Shown here one piece after another: positions 1-23,010 of a stretch of DNA of 64,000 nucleotides. Within the stretch, counting starts at the first letter, position 1; every line of letters starts with the position of its first letter. Made by a program: the position numbers and the translations under genes. The notes under the pieces were generated by a model that saw nothing but the letters and a program-made list of their open reading frames with translations, made no database searches and was not told the origin of the DNA. The stretch is from the human T2T-CHM13v2.0 reference genome, Homo sapiens, in NCBI RefSeq assembly GCF_009914755.1, contig NC_060943.1. The stretch is one strand, 5' to 3'.

Positions 1-280
1 TCAGTGGGTTGTTGCAAGGATTAAATTAGAGAATGGGCATAAAGCACTCTGGAAGCAGCCAACAATAATGAGCTATTATTTTAATTGTAACAGAAAGCAT
101 CTGCTGTAATATACAGCTGAGACATGGAGGTGGGGTGTTGGCAGAAAGGAGGCAGGCGCATAACAAGGGGAGGGAGAACACAAGGGCTCAGCCTTCCTGA
201 GCCTGGCCCGGACCACACCAACCAAAAGCCTCGTAATCCTTCAGCTAGTTAAATCCAAAGCGTATAGCACGCGCCACTTA

Positions 281-493
<213 letters not shown>

Positions 494-689
494 CTAGAAA
501 TCAGTACCTATCACCCTCTCACTTCCCCTGACCCTCCTGCACTCACCACCCCTCACTGCCTCTTGCAGAGTTCTCTTGTCCAAAGCCTTTTGCGAGCAAA
601 GCCAATGCCTAGAGAAGGCACCTTCCTCCTTCATTCCTTTTGGGCCAACCTCACATATCACTCAGCTAAACAGAATTATTTGTTTGCAC

Positions 690-875
690 CTGTCTTATTC
701 AATACGACAGTCACAGGCCACATGTGGCTATTTCAATTAAAATTAATTTAAATGCAATAAAATAAAAAACACAGTTCTGCAGTCACACTGGCTACATTTC
801 AAGTGACAATCCTATTGGACAGGGCAGATGGAGATCATTTCTGTGACTGCAGAAAGTTCTAATGGAAAGCATTGG
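690..875 (-). mobile_element. MER3-like hAT-Charlie DNA transposon remnant
   Basis: GCCACATGTGGCTA palindrome, AT-rich core and GCAGAAAGTTCTA..TGGA end typical of MER3. Confidence 0.7.
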
Positions 876-1362
876 TTTAGAGAATTTACTTGTCACATGC
901 AGCGTTCAAGGTATTTGAGGCTAGAGCTTGTGCATTGACCTCACTCCTAAATCTGACCCCTTAGGATGGTTCTCAGCTGGCATGTAGATTGTTAAAGGTT
1001 TGGAATAGGACTTCTGTACTGGCTGATAAGTGGCCAGTATCCTCACCTCCAGTTCCTCTGCAGAACCTCCGGCTGGTTCTGGCTTCCAGCTGCTAATCTA
1101 TCATATTTGAAATTAAGCTACAAGCTCTTCTCCATCAGAGCCCCAATGTGAATGTTTTCCCATCTGTTACAGCAACGTTTCTCGAGCTACAATCATTTTC
1201 ACTCTGCCTGAATGATTTTTTTTTTCCACATTAGCTTGCCACTGGTACTTCTACTTGCTTACCAGTCTTTCAATGGACGCTTTTTATTTAGCTTTATTTT
1301 AAGTGAAAATGCAAAGATCTAGAAATCATAGGTTTGCTAGGCTAGTTATAGTTTTTAGAAGA

Positions 1363-2077
<715 letters not shown>

Positions 2078-2136
2078 AAGACATAATTATTAACATTAAC
2101 AATGTTCATTTGAGTATACTGCCTGAAATTATGTCA

Positions 2137-2637
<501 letters not shown>

Positions 2638-3061
2638 AAATCTTGTTCAAAGAAAAGAAGGGTGTTGGAGGTGCACCCACCCCCACTGACCCCAGTGGAA
2701 AGATCTCAAGCCCTCTAGATCCTTCCAACTCATCAGCACAGGTGGAATTATTCGTTCTCCTGTCTGGAGTAGATCCCTGCAGATCTCAAACCCAGATCAG
2801 GTGACTTCTAAAGGGAAATGTGGATATTCACCTTCTATCTCACCCACAATATTCACTGAACACATATTCATTCAGTACCTGCTGTGTGCCAGACTCTGTT
2901 CTGGGCTAGGGACACAGTTGAGAGCAAAGCAGACAAGAGGAGAAGCTTCCTCCTGCTTCCCAGAGGAGAAGCAAATAAATGAGATGACTACATCATGTAT
3001 ACTATGCTATACAGTACACTGCATATACCATGTTATACAGTACATCATATATGCTATGTTA

Positions 3062-5920
<2,859 letters not shown>

Positions 5921-6330
5921 CAGTGATCAGGGCAGACCTCTGAGAATCTGTTCTTCCAAGACCCGAGGCAGGGGAGGGGTCGTCCAGTAAGTATCTCTAG
6001 ATGCCCCATTTGCATTCTCTCCAGTTTGCATAGGTAAACTCCTCCCTGCATCCTGGGAACTGTCATTTGGGTTTAGGAGGCCTCCCTCCCTAGTGTCCCA
6101 CCAGAGGATCTGCAGGGCAGGTGGGGAGGGTCTATCTTGTTCATTTCATATTAGCTCCTAACCTGCTGATCAGCTGGTAAATGGGAATGTCCGCTGTCTC
6201 CCTGCCACACCCCTCAGAAGTGTCCCACGCCAACAGGCTCTGCATATGGATCTGGCAATCTCTGAGGAGGTGTAAGCGCTGGAGAAGCGGCTGCTTGAGT
6301 GAAAAAGCCATAGGGTGTTGGTTACTCCGG

Positions 6331-6530
6331 AGCAGGATTTCCCAACCTCAGCACTAGGTTTAGGGGTGGATCATTCTCCTTGGTGGGGCTGTCTGGGCAC
6401 TGCAGCATGTTCAACAGTATCCCTGGCCTGTGTGTGCTAGATGCCAGTAGCAGCCCCTCCTGTCCAGTGATGACAACCTCAAGTGGTCTCTAAACATTGC
6501 TGAGTGTCCCCTGGGGGCACTGAAATCCCG
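6331..6530 (+). mobile_element. MER20 DNA transposon
   Basis: CCCAACCTCAGCACT..GGGGCTGTC..CTAGATGCCAGTAGCA..GACAACC..TGTCCCCTGGGGG. Confidence 0.75.
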
Positions 6531-7537
6531 CATTCTGTAGAGAGATCAATTAGTATGTCTTGGGGAACTTGACCATGCTAAACCTCTCCCCTCCTCGTAG
6601 CTCTAACCTTTGGAAAATTAATTGGTTTCAGTCTCCTCTTCTGCCCTGGAGTTAGGTTTGGCATTTTGGAAGCACCATAAAACCATCCCTTCCAGGCCGG
6701 AGGGAGAGTGGAACCTGCTTTCCAGGTGGGAAAACGGAGTCTGAAATAGAAACCCCCTCAGTAAAAGTCTCGGAAAGCCAGGAAAACCAGGCTTCCTTTT
6801 GTCACCAGCTTCAGCCTTTGCCTCCAGCTGAAAGCACACTCTGAAAAGCAAAATCCGAGACTCAGGGCAATTTGGGGAGCCAACAAAAGCCGGCCTTGCC
6901 GACGATCATCTCTGATTGGCTTTCTGCCTCTGAGCTGACAGGCATTAGGAGCCCAGAGAACAAAGCTGGGCTGTGTTGCACAAATACTCCACTCTGCCTC
7001 ACCCTGCAGCCTGGAAAATAAGAGACAATATTTGTACACAGAGCAGCAACGCCAAGCCCTTCCCTGGTCTCCTCTCGCTATGATTTGAAGCTGACTTCGC
7101 TTTCTCTCCCTGCCAACTCAGCCTCCTTACACGCGCTTCTGCCATCCCACTCCTCCGGTTCCCTGGTCTCCTGCCCCTCAATGGCAGGGATGTGACTTCC
7201 TTTGGACCGGCTCTGGCACTGAAGGTTCCAGGAAGAGTCCCAGAAGTCCACCATGCAGCATGCAGCACTTTTATGGGCTGCAATATCAGGGTTTCAACTG
7301 GCCAGTGTTGCCTGGATTTCAGACCCAGGGCTCTCTGGGTATGGCAATAAAACCTTAGCACGTAGGCAAAAATAAAGAGGTTCTACTCTCCCACCTTGCT
7401 TCATTTTCTTACTTCTTATCAAACACAGATACTCACACTGCTTTTCCAACATCATCCCCCCTCCCTCTGCTCACCCGCACCCCCGCAAGTGTCCACAGAC
7501 ATGCCCCAGATGGACATCTGCAACAATGACCTCAGAC

Positions 7538-7678
7538 CCTTGCTACTCAAAGTGTGGTCCCAGAACCAGCACCGGTTAGGAATGCAGCCTTAGACCTTGC
7601 ATCCACCTGCTGAGTCAGAACCTGCATTTAAAAAGATCGCCAGGGGATTTGTGTGCACCGGGAAGTTTAGGAAGTGCT
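7538..7678 (+). mobile_element. MER5A-like DNA transposon
   Basis: TGCTACTCAAAGTGTGGTCC..TGAGTCAGAACCTGCATTT..AAGTTT. Confidence 0.7.
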
Positions 7679-7919
7679 AAGTGCCTCTATTTCAGGGATA
7701 GGAGGAGGAGCTCAGGTAATTGCGGTTTTGAGTCATCCAGAAAGAGGTGGGGGTTCCTGTTTCTCCTCCAAGCTTTCTCCTCCACGTTCTGACCCCAGGG
7801 GGAGAACTGAACAGCCCTGGGTACCAGCCTTCTGCTCCCACTTGGGTAAAGAGCCTGAGAAGAAACCGAAGATTTTGATGAAATAAAAGCAATGTTGGAA
7901 TGCGACAAAAGCAGAAAAG

Positions 7920-8855
<936 letters not shown>

Positions 8856-10164
8856 TCAAGCCAAGTCTCCATGAGCATGTTAAGGACACAATGAAACCCC
8901 CTGAAATATGCAATGATGTACTTGGTGCCCAGATGAAAGAAAGATGGGCTGCTGAGTTCTTGGCATGGTAAGAGATGCCTCGCCCGAGGCAGAAGCCAAA
9001 GGTTTCACTGGGTAGTCGAGCTGGGGGGCAGGCGAGGCTTTCTCAGCCCAACCTCAAGTCATGCCTGATCCTCCCGATTTAGAAAGCCTGAGTTCTAACT
9101 CACAGCTGCGGTGAGCAATGCCTCTGTTAGCTGAGCTGAGCCTTTCTGCTCCCTGATTGGCTCGGAGAGAAAGCACCTGTGTCAGCGGGATCCAGAAAAA
9201 TCAGCCATCCTAGGAGGCCAAAGCGGGGCGGGGGCTGAAAGAAGAGAAGCATCCCTGATGGGAGGAAAAGCTGGCTTCCGAAATGGCTCTCGGAAGTCAG
9301 GATAGCAGACAGCCCTGCAGGCAGGTGAGGAGACACAGAGCTCTATACACAATGAAATTGATCAGGACCTGCAGAGGCCCCAGAGAGAGGCTGTATGTGA
9401 CCCTGGAAAAGACCAAGTTTGACTCTGCGTAGGGAAGAAGGAGGGCTTGCATCTGAGAACAGGACCTTGCTCTTCAGATTCAGAACATGAAGGAAAATTC
9501 TCAAAGTGGGCGTGGCTGATGGTTCCCATCCCTTAGCAAGACCTTGCAGTGTCCAAGTAATCCTTGCATCCCTCTGTGGTGCCCTTCACCCTCATCTCAT
9601 TTCAAGCCTCCTGTGGTTGGTGCGGAAATCAAATCAGGTTTGTCAACTCTTTGTGACCTTGTCTCCACTATGGGGACTGCTGATGGGTGGGTTCTAAGGA
9701 AACAGATACTTGTAGCAGTTAGCCAGGTCATTGAGCTTGTGTGAAGAAGCCAAACAGACCTCATTTTCATGTAAGTTCCATGCTCATCACAATCACCAGG
9801 AAAAAGAGTAGAGGGTACCAGAACCCTAGATATATGGGTTTAAGACATATTCCTTGGTCCATTAAACACATACCCCAATTTCACTCTGCAATATGATCAA
9901 CTATTATGGGGCCATTAACAAGCACAGCGACCATAATTACAGCTGCCTTGTTTCCAACTGCTTCTTTGGGCAGATACCGTGGTAAGCACTTTGTTTCAGT
10001 TAATTCCTTGCAACATTTCTACAAGGTGGGTTCTGTGGTAAGCCTCATTTTCCACACAAGAAAATCCAGGCTCAGAGAGATTAAACAAATTTTCAAGGTC
10101 ACATAGGAGGTACTGGCAGAGCTGGGGCTCACACCCAGGTCTGCCCAACTCCACAGTCTATGCC

Positions 10165-10467
10165 TTTTTTTGTTTGTTTGTTTGAGTTAGGGTCTTGCTC
10201 TGTTGCCCAGGGTGAAATACAGTGGCACGATCACAGCTCACTGTAGCCTTGACCTCCCAGGCTCAAGCGATCCACCCACTTCAGCCTCCTGAGTAGCTGG
10301 GACTATAGGTGCATGCCAACACACCTGGCTAACTTTTAACATTTTTGTAGAGATGAGGGTCTCACCATGTTGCCTAGGCTGGTCTTGAACTCCTGGGCTC
10401 AAGCGATCCTCTCACCTTGGCCTTTCAAAGTGCTGGGATTACAGGTATGAGCCACTGTGCCCAGCCC
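10165..10467 (-). mobile_element. Alu (J-type) at the end of a MIR
   Basis: Reverse Alu; CCACAGTCTATGC duplicated on both sides. Confidence 0.88.
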
Positions 10468-10905
10468 ACAGTCTATGCTTTTAAGCTGGTGGTCCCCAAA
10501 GACCACTCAGGAGCTATCCTGGTTAGAAGATAGATGGGTTTGCCTTTATTTAAAAAAAAAAAAAAATAGAATGCAGGTGCACTTGGGGCCCTAACCATAT
10601 GGATTAGACCAAATGGGTTACACCTCACCCAAGTCCCAACCAATGGCCACAGTTTAGTAAAGGCCAACCATTGCATGCTAGTCCACGCCCTCATAAGCCC
10701 ATCTCAAGTAGGAATTATTCATGACTATTTCAACTTCAAACAATCCAAACAGTCTCCAGTTCCCAGACATGGGCTTTAAAATCTTCAACACACAGTTCTA
10801 ACCAAAATGAAGCCTGGAAAAGATCTCTCCACTCGCTGATCAGCCTAAGACTCTTAGCAGGGATGGCATGCTAACAAGGGCAACCCTAGCGCTGCCCGGG
10901 ATGTT

Positions 10906-10926
10906 TTCAGCACCACGGCCAGCGGC
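10906..10926 (+). promoter_or_regulatory. RE1/NRSE (REST-binding silencer) in intron 1
   Basis: TTCAGCACCACGGCCAGCGGC is 19/21 identical to consensus TTCAGCACCACGGACAGCGCC, in non-repeat DNA of a neuronal gene. Confidence 0.85.
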
Positions 10927-11511
10927 AAAGAGGCACAAGTTTAATTTCACTTGCACCCAGGGATGGGAATCCCCGGGGAGAGAAAACAAAACCAGCAGCA
11001 ACTATTAACACTCTCTGAGACATCTGCAAAGACCTACATTTCACATACAGGGTAGAGGCAAAAAAGATTAATCATGTCATCAGGAAAATCAAATGAAGAG
11101 AAAATTAAAAACAGTATCAAATAGGTTTGTGTGTCATTTGTTTTTCATATTATCCAACAATGTCCAACACTTTGGTTCTGAAATGAGAAGTCTACTCAGG
11201 GCTGCTAAATCATGCTTCTGCTTAGAAAACTGGCAATATCTGCACTAAAAAATAGTAGTGCAGAGGAGTTGAAAGGATTTGGGGATCAGACGTGGCCTTG
11301 ACCTTGGGCAAGGCAGTTTCCTTCTCTGAGCCTCAGTTTCCTCATATATAAAAGGTAGAAAATAGCATCAACCTCATAGGTTGTGTGAGAATGGAATGAG
11401 CTGATACACACAATAATCTATTACAGGGCCCTGCATATAGTAAGTGCTCAAGGAATGTGAGTGTTTTATATTGTTTATTTTGGTTCCCATGATGACTAGA
11501 AAATTTAATGT

Positions 11512-15365
<3,854 letters not shown>

Positions 15366-15903
15366 TGAGATGAGTGAGTGTGTGTGTGTGTGTGTGTATG
15401 TACCTTCTGAAATTAAATCCATAATTTAAATGTATAAATTCCTCTGGGCCAAAAAGTTTAAACATGGAAGAATTAACATGACTCATGGAAAACACACAAA
15501 TACACAAAAGTAAAATAAAGATCCCTTGATGAAAACAGAAAGAAAAAACAAAACAACAAGCCAAGTTTTAAACAAAAAGTATTAATCAATTTCAGACTCT
15601 CGGGGTCGGGAAGAGAGTGAGGAGTGAGGATGCTTCAGTGTCAGATTCCAAACAAGAACTGAAGACCTTCTCCCTGTTTATCTTTTTTTCTAGGTCAGTA
15701 AAGTTCTCTAGGGACCTCTGAGTGGTGTGAGGTCTCTGTCTCCTGATTCAATTTTCAACCACTTTCCCTTATATGTTCACTCTACCAAGGGGGAATCCTT
15801 TTCCTCTCTGGCAATAGTGACATCCCTGTTCAGTGGTCAGTAAAATCCTCCATTTCCCTGGTCTCTCTCTACACAGTCCATCTACTTCATGGTTTAAACT
15901 TAA

Positions 15904-16219
<316 letters not shown>

Positions 16220-16234
16220 TTAACCTGGAAATTC

Positions 16235-16655
16235 CCTGCAGACCATCAACTCTAAGACCAAGGTGGGGCCACTGGCAGCCTCAAATTAGTTCCTAAGAAC
16301 AAAAGGAAAGCTCAGCTCTGGAATATGTCCACCATCATGGCCCCCAGAAAAACCAGTGAGAAGGGCCCCAAGAAAGCAAGAGAATCAAAGAAAGACCTTC
16401 CCAACTCAGATAAGGTGGAAAAGGTGCCCCCAAGAAGTCAGGTGAGGTGAGGAGGGCTCCCTCAAAAGCAGGTGTAGCCAAGAAGGCCCCCAAGAAAGTC
16501 AGCAAAGCCAAGGAAGTCTTCCTTAAACCAGCCAATGCCATGAAGGTCCCTCCCAGTGCTGCTGGGCTCAATGGGAAGTCCAAAGTCAGAGGTAGCACCA
16601 GCAGCCAAGATCCTGAGATCCACAGGAAAACAGAAGCTGGGAGCTAAGACTCCGA
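16235..16655 (+). pseudogene. Degraded, truncated, apparently processed copy of oocyte linker histone H1-8 (H1FOO/H1oo)
   Basis: Frameshifted translation INSKTK/GATGSLKLVPKNKRKAQ..MAPRKTSEKGPKKARESKKDLPN.. / ..KPANAMKVPPSAAGLNGKSKVRGSTSSQDPEIHRKTEAGS* parallels human H1-8 as recalled (LNSKARGATGSFKLVPKHKKK..GPKKPSEAKEDPPN..KPDKAMRAPSSAGGLSRKAKAKGSRSSQGDAEAYRKTKAES). Confidence 0.8.
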
Positions 16656-16862
16656 CGGAACCTGTTAACATTTGATGACCTCCAATTTCCCTGTGGAGAG
16701 ACCATTGTCCATGCTGGTCCCCTGCTTCCTTGATCACTGGAGGATGTCCCTACCTCTTCATCAATAACCAATGTCTCCTCCAAGCCACTCCAGCTATGCA
16801 TGCTCAGAAGCTACACCAGCCACCTCCAAAACACCTGTTTCCAGCATCCTTGTCTTGAACCA

Positions 16863-16866
<4 letters not shown>

Positions 16867-16893
<27 letters not shown>

Positions 16894-17163
16894 GAGACGG
16901 AGTCTCGCCCTGTCGCCCAGGCTGGAGTACAGCAGCTCCGCCTCCCGGGTTCACGCCATTCTCCTGCCTCAGGCTCCTGAGTAGCTGGGACTACAGGCGC
17001 CCGCCACCACGCCTGGCTAATTTTTTTTTTTTTTTTTGTATTTTTAGTAGAGACAGGGTTTCACCGTGTTAGCCAGGATGGTCTCGATCGCCTGACCTTG
17101 TGATCCGCCCGCCTCGGCTCCCCAAAGTGCTGCGATTACAGGTGTGGGCCACCGCGCCCGGCT
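16867..17163 (-). mobile_element. AluY-like with a short internal deletion, inserted in probable L2 remnants (about 16660-17990)
   Basis: GGGTTCACGCCATTCTCC and CACCGTGTTAGCCAGGATGG diagnostics; TSD TGAACCACCTC. Confidence 0.85.
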
Positions 17164-18009
17164 GAACCACCTCCTCTTTAACCACCTCCCAGCTCACTAA
17201 CTCCCTTAAATGCAAACCAACGTCCATCCCATCGAGCCCTGCAACCCACTGACCCCGCCATTTCTCAGGACCCTCTCCTGCCTTGTCAACCTTACATAGG
17301 TTGATTATATCGCACTTTCTTGCCTCCTGTTTCTCTCCTGGAAAAAATCCATCCCTGCATGAACTCAACTAGTTGCCTTCCCCATACCTGGGCAGTGGAG
17401 CATTCCTGAATGAGATCAACTATCTGGGCTGGTGACATTAAATTCATGATGCTAAACTCAAATGGGCATTTGAGAATCCCAGCATCCTATATCAGAGAAG
17501 ACACCCGTGCATATTGGTATAATGGATGGGAATGACCCAATTTACAGAAATCAATATTCTTCCATCATTAAAACCTCCACCCTTGACTGAAAATTTTCCT
17601 TCAGCCACCAACCAATTTCTCTACTCCCCTTCATGAAGAGTTGCCTTCACGTGTTCCTGCCACTTCCTCACTGCACATTCTTCTCCTACCCTCCCCAGGC
17701 TGGTTTCTAGCCCCCATCACTCAACCAAAACTCTTCCAAAGAGGATCACCAAAGACCCCCAGGCTGCCAAATCCCAGGGCCATTTTTCTGTGCCCAGATT
17801 ACTTGACCATGCCCTTCTTAATGTTGTTCTAGTTTTCCTCCTATCCTCCTGGTCTCTACTTCTCAATCTTCCCTTTTTGCTCCTCTTTTTCTATCCAATC
17901 TCTAAATGTTGGTCTTCCCTGGGGCTTAATCCTAGGTAATCACCCTTTATCTATCTCTATCCTCTTTCTAGAGCTTGCATGCATTTCGATGTATTTTGCC
18001 ATTCTCTTG

Positions 18010-18706
18010 TTGCCCTTTCTCCCTAAAATATCCACTCATTGCCCTGTTTGGCATCCTGGTAGAGGCAGGGCTGACTTCTGTGACTGCATCATCCAAGCCC
18101 TGCAACGCTGCCCTCCACCACATCTTCTGCCTTCTGGGTTGGCTTGGCCAACGGGAGGCACCAGCAAGAGATCAGAGAGGAGGGGGAGTTGGGGCATTTC
18201 TCCATTTGATTTCCTCCCTGCTACAGTGTGTGGTCTTAGCAATAGCTATACCACTCTGTGTCTTCTTAGAGCATCTCATAGGAGTGTCTATATTAGTCTC
18301 CTAGGGCAGTCATGACAAATTGCCACAGATTGGGTGGCTTAAAACAACAGAAATTTATTCTCTCGTCATCCTGGAGGCAAGGTTCTGAAATTAGGGGGTT
18401 TCCCTTCAAAGGCTCTAGGGGAGGATCCTTCCTTGCCTCTTCCCGCTTTTGGTGCCTCTACATGTCTTTTGGCTTGTGGCTGCAGCACTCCATTCTCTGC
18501 TTCTATTGCCACATGACTTTCTCCCCTGTACCTTCTCATATAAAAGCACTTACCATGGAATCTCGAGTCCACTGTAATCCAGGATGACCTCATCTCAATC
18601 CCTGACTCAATGACATCTGCAAAGATCCTACTTTCAAATGAGGTCTCAGGTTCTGAAGTTCCAAATGCATCTGAATTTTTGGTGGACAGGATTCAAACCA
18701 CTACAG
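18010..18706. mobile_element. LTR33-like fragment (about 18010-18285) and MLT1 MaLR LTR (18286-18706, -)
   Basis: TGGCTTGGCCAACGGGAGGCACCAGCAAGAGATCAGAGG; GGTGGCTTAAAACAACAGAAATTTATTCTCTC..ACATCTGCAAAGA..TTCAAACCACTACA. Confidence 0.7.
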
Positions 18707-19044
18707 TGTCCAAGGCCCAAACTCTTCCATTCCCTCCCTAATCCCATGTCTCTTTCTCTATTAACCTTTGTTATGAATTGTACCACCAGCTGCCTAGTAA
18801 GGAGCTCAATCAGGTAAGGTTACCCTAAGAGACCTTCCCAGTTCCTACATCTTCCTCCCCCTACAGCTGATGTATCATCAGACCCCACCAATTCTACTTC
18901 CGAAATTAGACTTTGAATCCTCCTGCTCAGCATTGCCTCTTCAGCACCACCCAAGGTCAAGCCACTGTCCCTTCCCACAGAAATATCTATAATCTCAGTA
19001 GACTCCAAAGTGGTCTATCCATTTCATTCTCCAGAGAGAAGCCA

Positions 19045-19772
<728 letters not shown>

Positions 19773-20239
19773 TAAAGTAAAGCAGTTCTGTCCCATCCCA
19801 CTTAAGCTTCTCTGAGGACTTCTCATTGCATGTAGAATAAAGTTCACCTCCGGAACTTGACCTAGAAGGTCTTGTGTGACCTGTCTCTGCCAACTTCTTG
19901 GGTGTCTTCCCACCTGTGAGTCCCTTTGCTCATCAGACTCTAGCTACACTGGCTCATTTTTAACATGATGAACTTGTTCCTTCCCCAGGGCCTTTGCACA
20001 TGCTGTTCCCTCTGCCTGGGATTCTCTTCCTCCCTCTGTCTCATTCTGTTCACACTCTGCTCTGTGCTTAACAACCTTCAGGTCTTCACTTACGTGGTAC
20101 CCCTGTACTTCTAATTATCCTCTACGCAAAGGGCCTGTAGTAGGTTACTTATTTTATTTTATTTTTCAGAGATGGGGCCTTGCTCTGTCACCCAGCCTAA
20201 AGTGCAGTGGTGCAATCATACCCATGCTTTAGCCTCTGG

Positions 20240-20965
<726 letters not shown>

Positions 20966-21941
20966 ACAGGACCCTGCTGGTTTTCTCCCAAACACTTACC
21001 ACAATTAGTAATTATGTCTGTATTTGCCTATTCCTTATTTTATGCCTTCTTTTCCTGTTACAAGTTCCAGGAGGGCCAGGAGGAACCACATCTGTCCTGC
21101 CCACTGTCATGTCCCCACCATGTACATCCCAGTTCCAGGCACATGGCAGGCTCCCCCCCACCCCCTGCCTCCCAAAATGTTTATTGAATGAGCAAATGGA
21201 TCCACCTCTCCTTCATTTCTCTTTACATCTCAGCGGCAGTCCTTCTTGCATCTTCCACCTTCACTTCTAACTCTGAGCTGTTGCATTAGCAACTCCAGTT
21301 AAACAGATTTTCTGGAAAGCCCCGGCCTCCCAATGAAACCTCCCTCACTTGCTCCCCACTGCACTTCCCCAAATATTTGGGTCTGCCTCGCCTTTTCCAT
21401 CACTGGTTCTGCCATCCATGAAGATTCTCCTTGAAGCTTTATCACTAAAAAATAAACCCACATATTCTGTGTCTCCAAAAGAAGCTTTTACTTTTGCAAA
21501 CTCTATTGATTTAATCCTAGAGGCTGCTGGCAGCAGTCCCAGGAGCTTAATCAATATGACAACACCCAGCGCAGACAGAACATCAAGGAGCCTCGGCCAA
21601 GATCTCCTGCTCGGGTCTTCACTGACCCCGACTGAATCTCTTACAACCATGAAGACAGATTTACAGTAGGGGGCAGGATATTTGCAACAGCTCCAGGATC
21701 TTGCTTAGGTGAGCAAAAGGAAATGCCTCCAAGCTTGAGGCGCTTCAGAGCTATTTGTTAATTTGCGACTATGGCCGATTCCCATAAGACTCAAGGAAGA
21801 TGGAAGACAACAACAGAAAAACATTGCAGGTTCTAGAACCTGATTATAAACTCCCTGGTGGGGTGAGCAGGGGAGGAACAGGCAAAGGGGAGGTGGGAAA
21901 AAGAAGATGAAGATGTCAAGAGTTAAAAATGCAAAGAGTTT

Positions 21942-22243
<302 letters not shown>

Positions 22244-22619
22244 TTAAAACAGACATTCCTTCACCCCTTAGCAGACACTAAGTGACCAGAGAAGGAGAAA
22301 AAAAGGTCATAGAAACAAGGAGGTTGAGAATGACTAAATCAATGCCCCAGGCTTTAGAAACCATTAATCTCCTCGAAGGAGAAGTCAAACACTTCTCACA
22401 TTTTATTCAAGATTGAAAAACAGGAAAATTAGAAGCACTATAGGAAGAAATTGGAAAGCAAGAAATATTTGTTAATCAGAAGTTTACATGCATGTGACAT
22501 TTCCGAACCTATTGAGCCCTTATAGGAAAATATGAATATCCATCCCTAAAACATACATCAACATAATCTTCCTGGAGACACTGTGATTAGATATCAGCCC
22601 CAAAATGCAGATAATGAGG

Positions 22620-23010
22620 TATACAGTCAGCCTAGTCTACGTCCTGCTGCAGTAACAAACAATCCCCAGATCTCAGTGGTTGAACACACCCCAGGTCTAT
22701 TTTTCTACTCATGCTATGAAGTGGGATGGGGACTGATCTATGTCATCCTCTCTCCAGCACTTACTTTGAGAGAGGGTCCATCTTTGTGCATCCATGACAG
22801 TGGAGGCAGGAAAAAGGAAACATGGTGAATCCCATGCTCACCCTTAAGGCTTCTGTCCGGAAGGACTCATGTCACTTCCCTTCACATTTCATTGATGAAA
22901 CCAAATCACACAGCCATACCTAACTTCAGGGAGGTGGGGAAAATGACACTCTACTCTGTGCCCAGAGAAAAACAAGAAATGTTAGCTGAACAAGGTAAAG
23001 GATACCCCCT
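22620..23010 (-). mobile_element. Old MLT1 (J/K-like) LTR
   Basis: TGCTGCAGTAACAAACAATCCCCAGATCTCAGTGG..ATGTCACTTCC..CACATTTCATTG..CCTAACTTCAGGGAGG. Confidence 0.65.

Noticed and set aside
16447-16647. 66-aa lysine-rich ORF as a functional gene
   Set aside because: GTG start, frameshifts upstream, premature stop and a missing globular domain; better explained as a pseudogene fragment.
18940-18950. Isolated RE1 left half-sites TCAGCACC (also about 13772 and 39240)
   Set aside because: No right half-site; located in or beside repeats; expected by chance.
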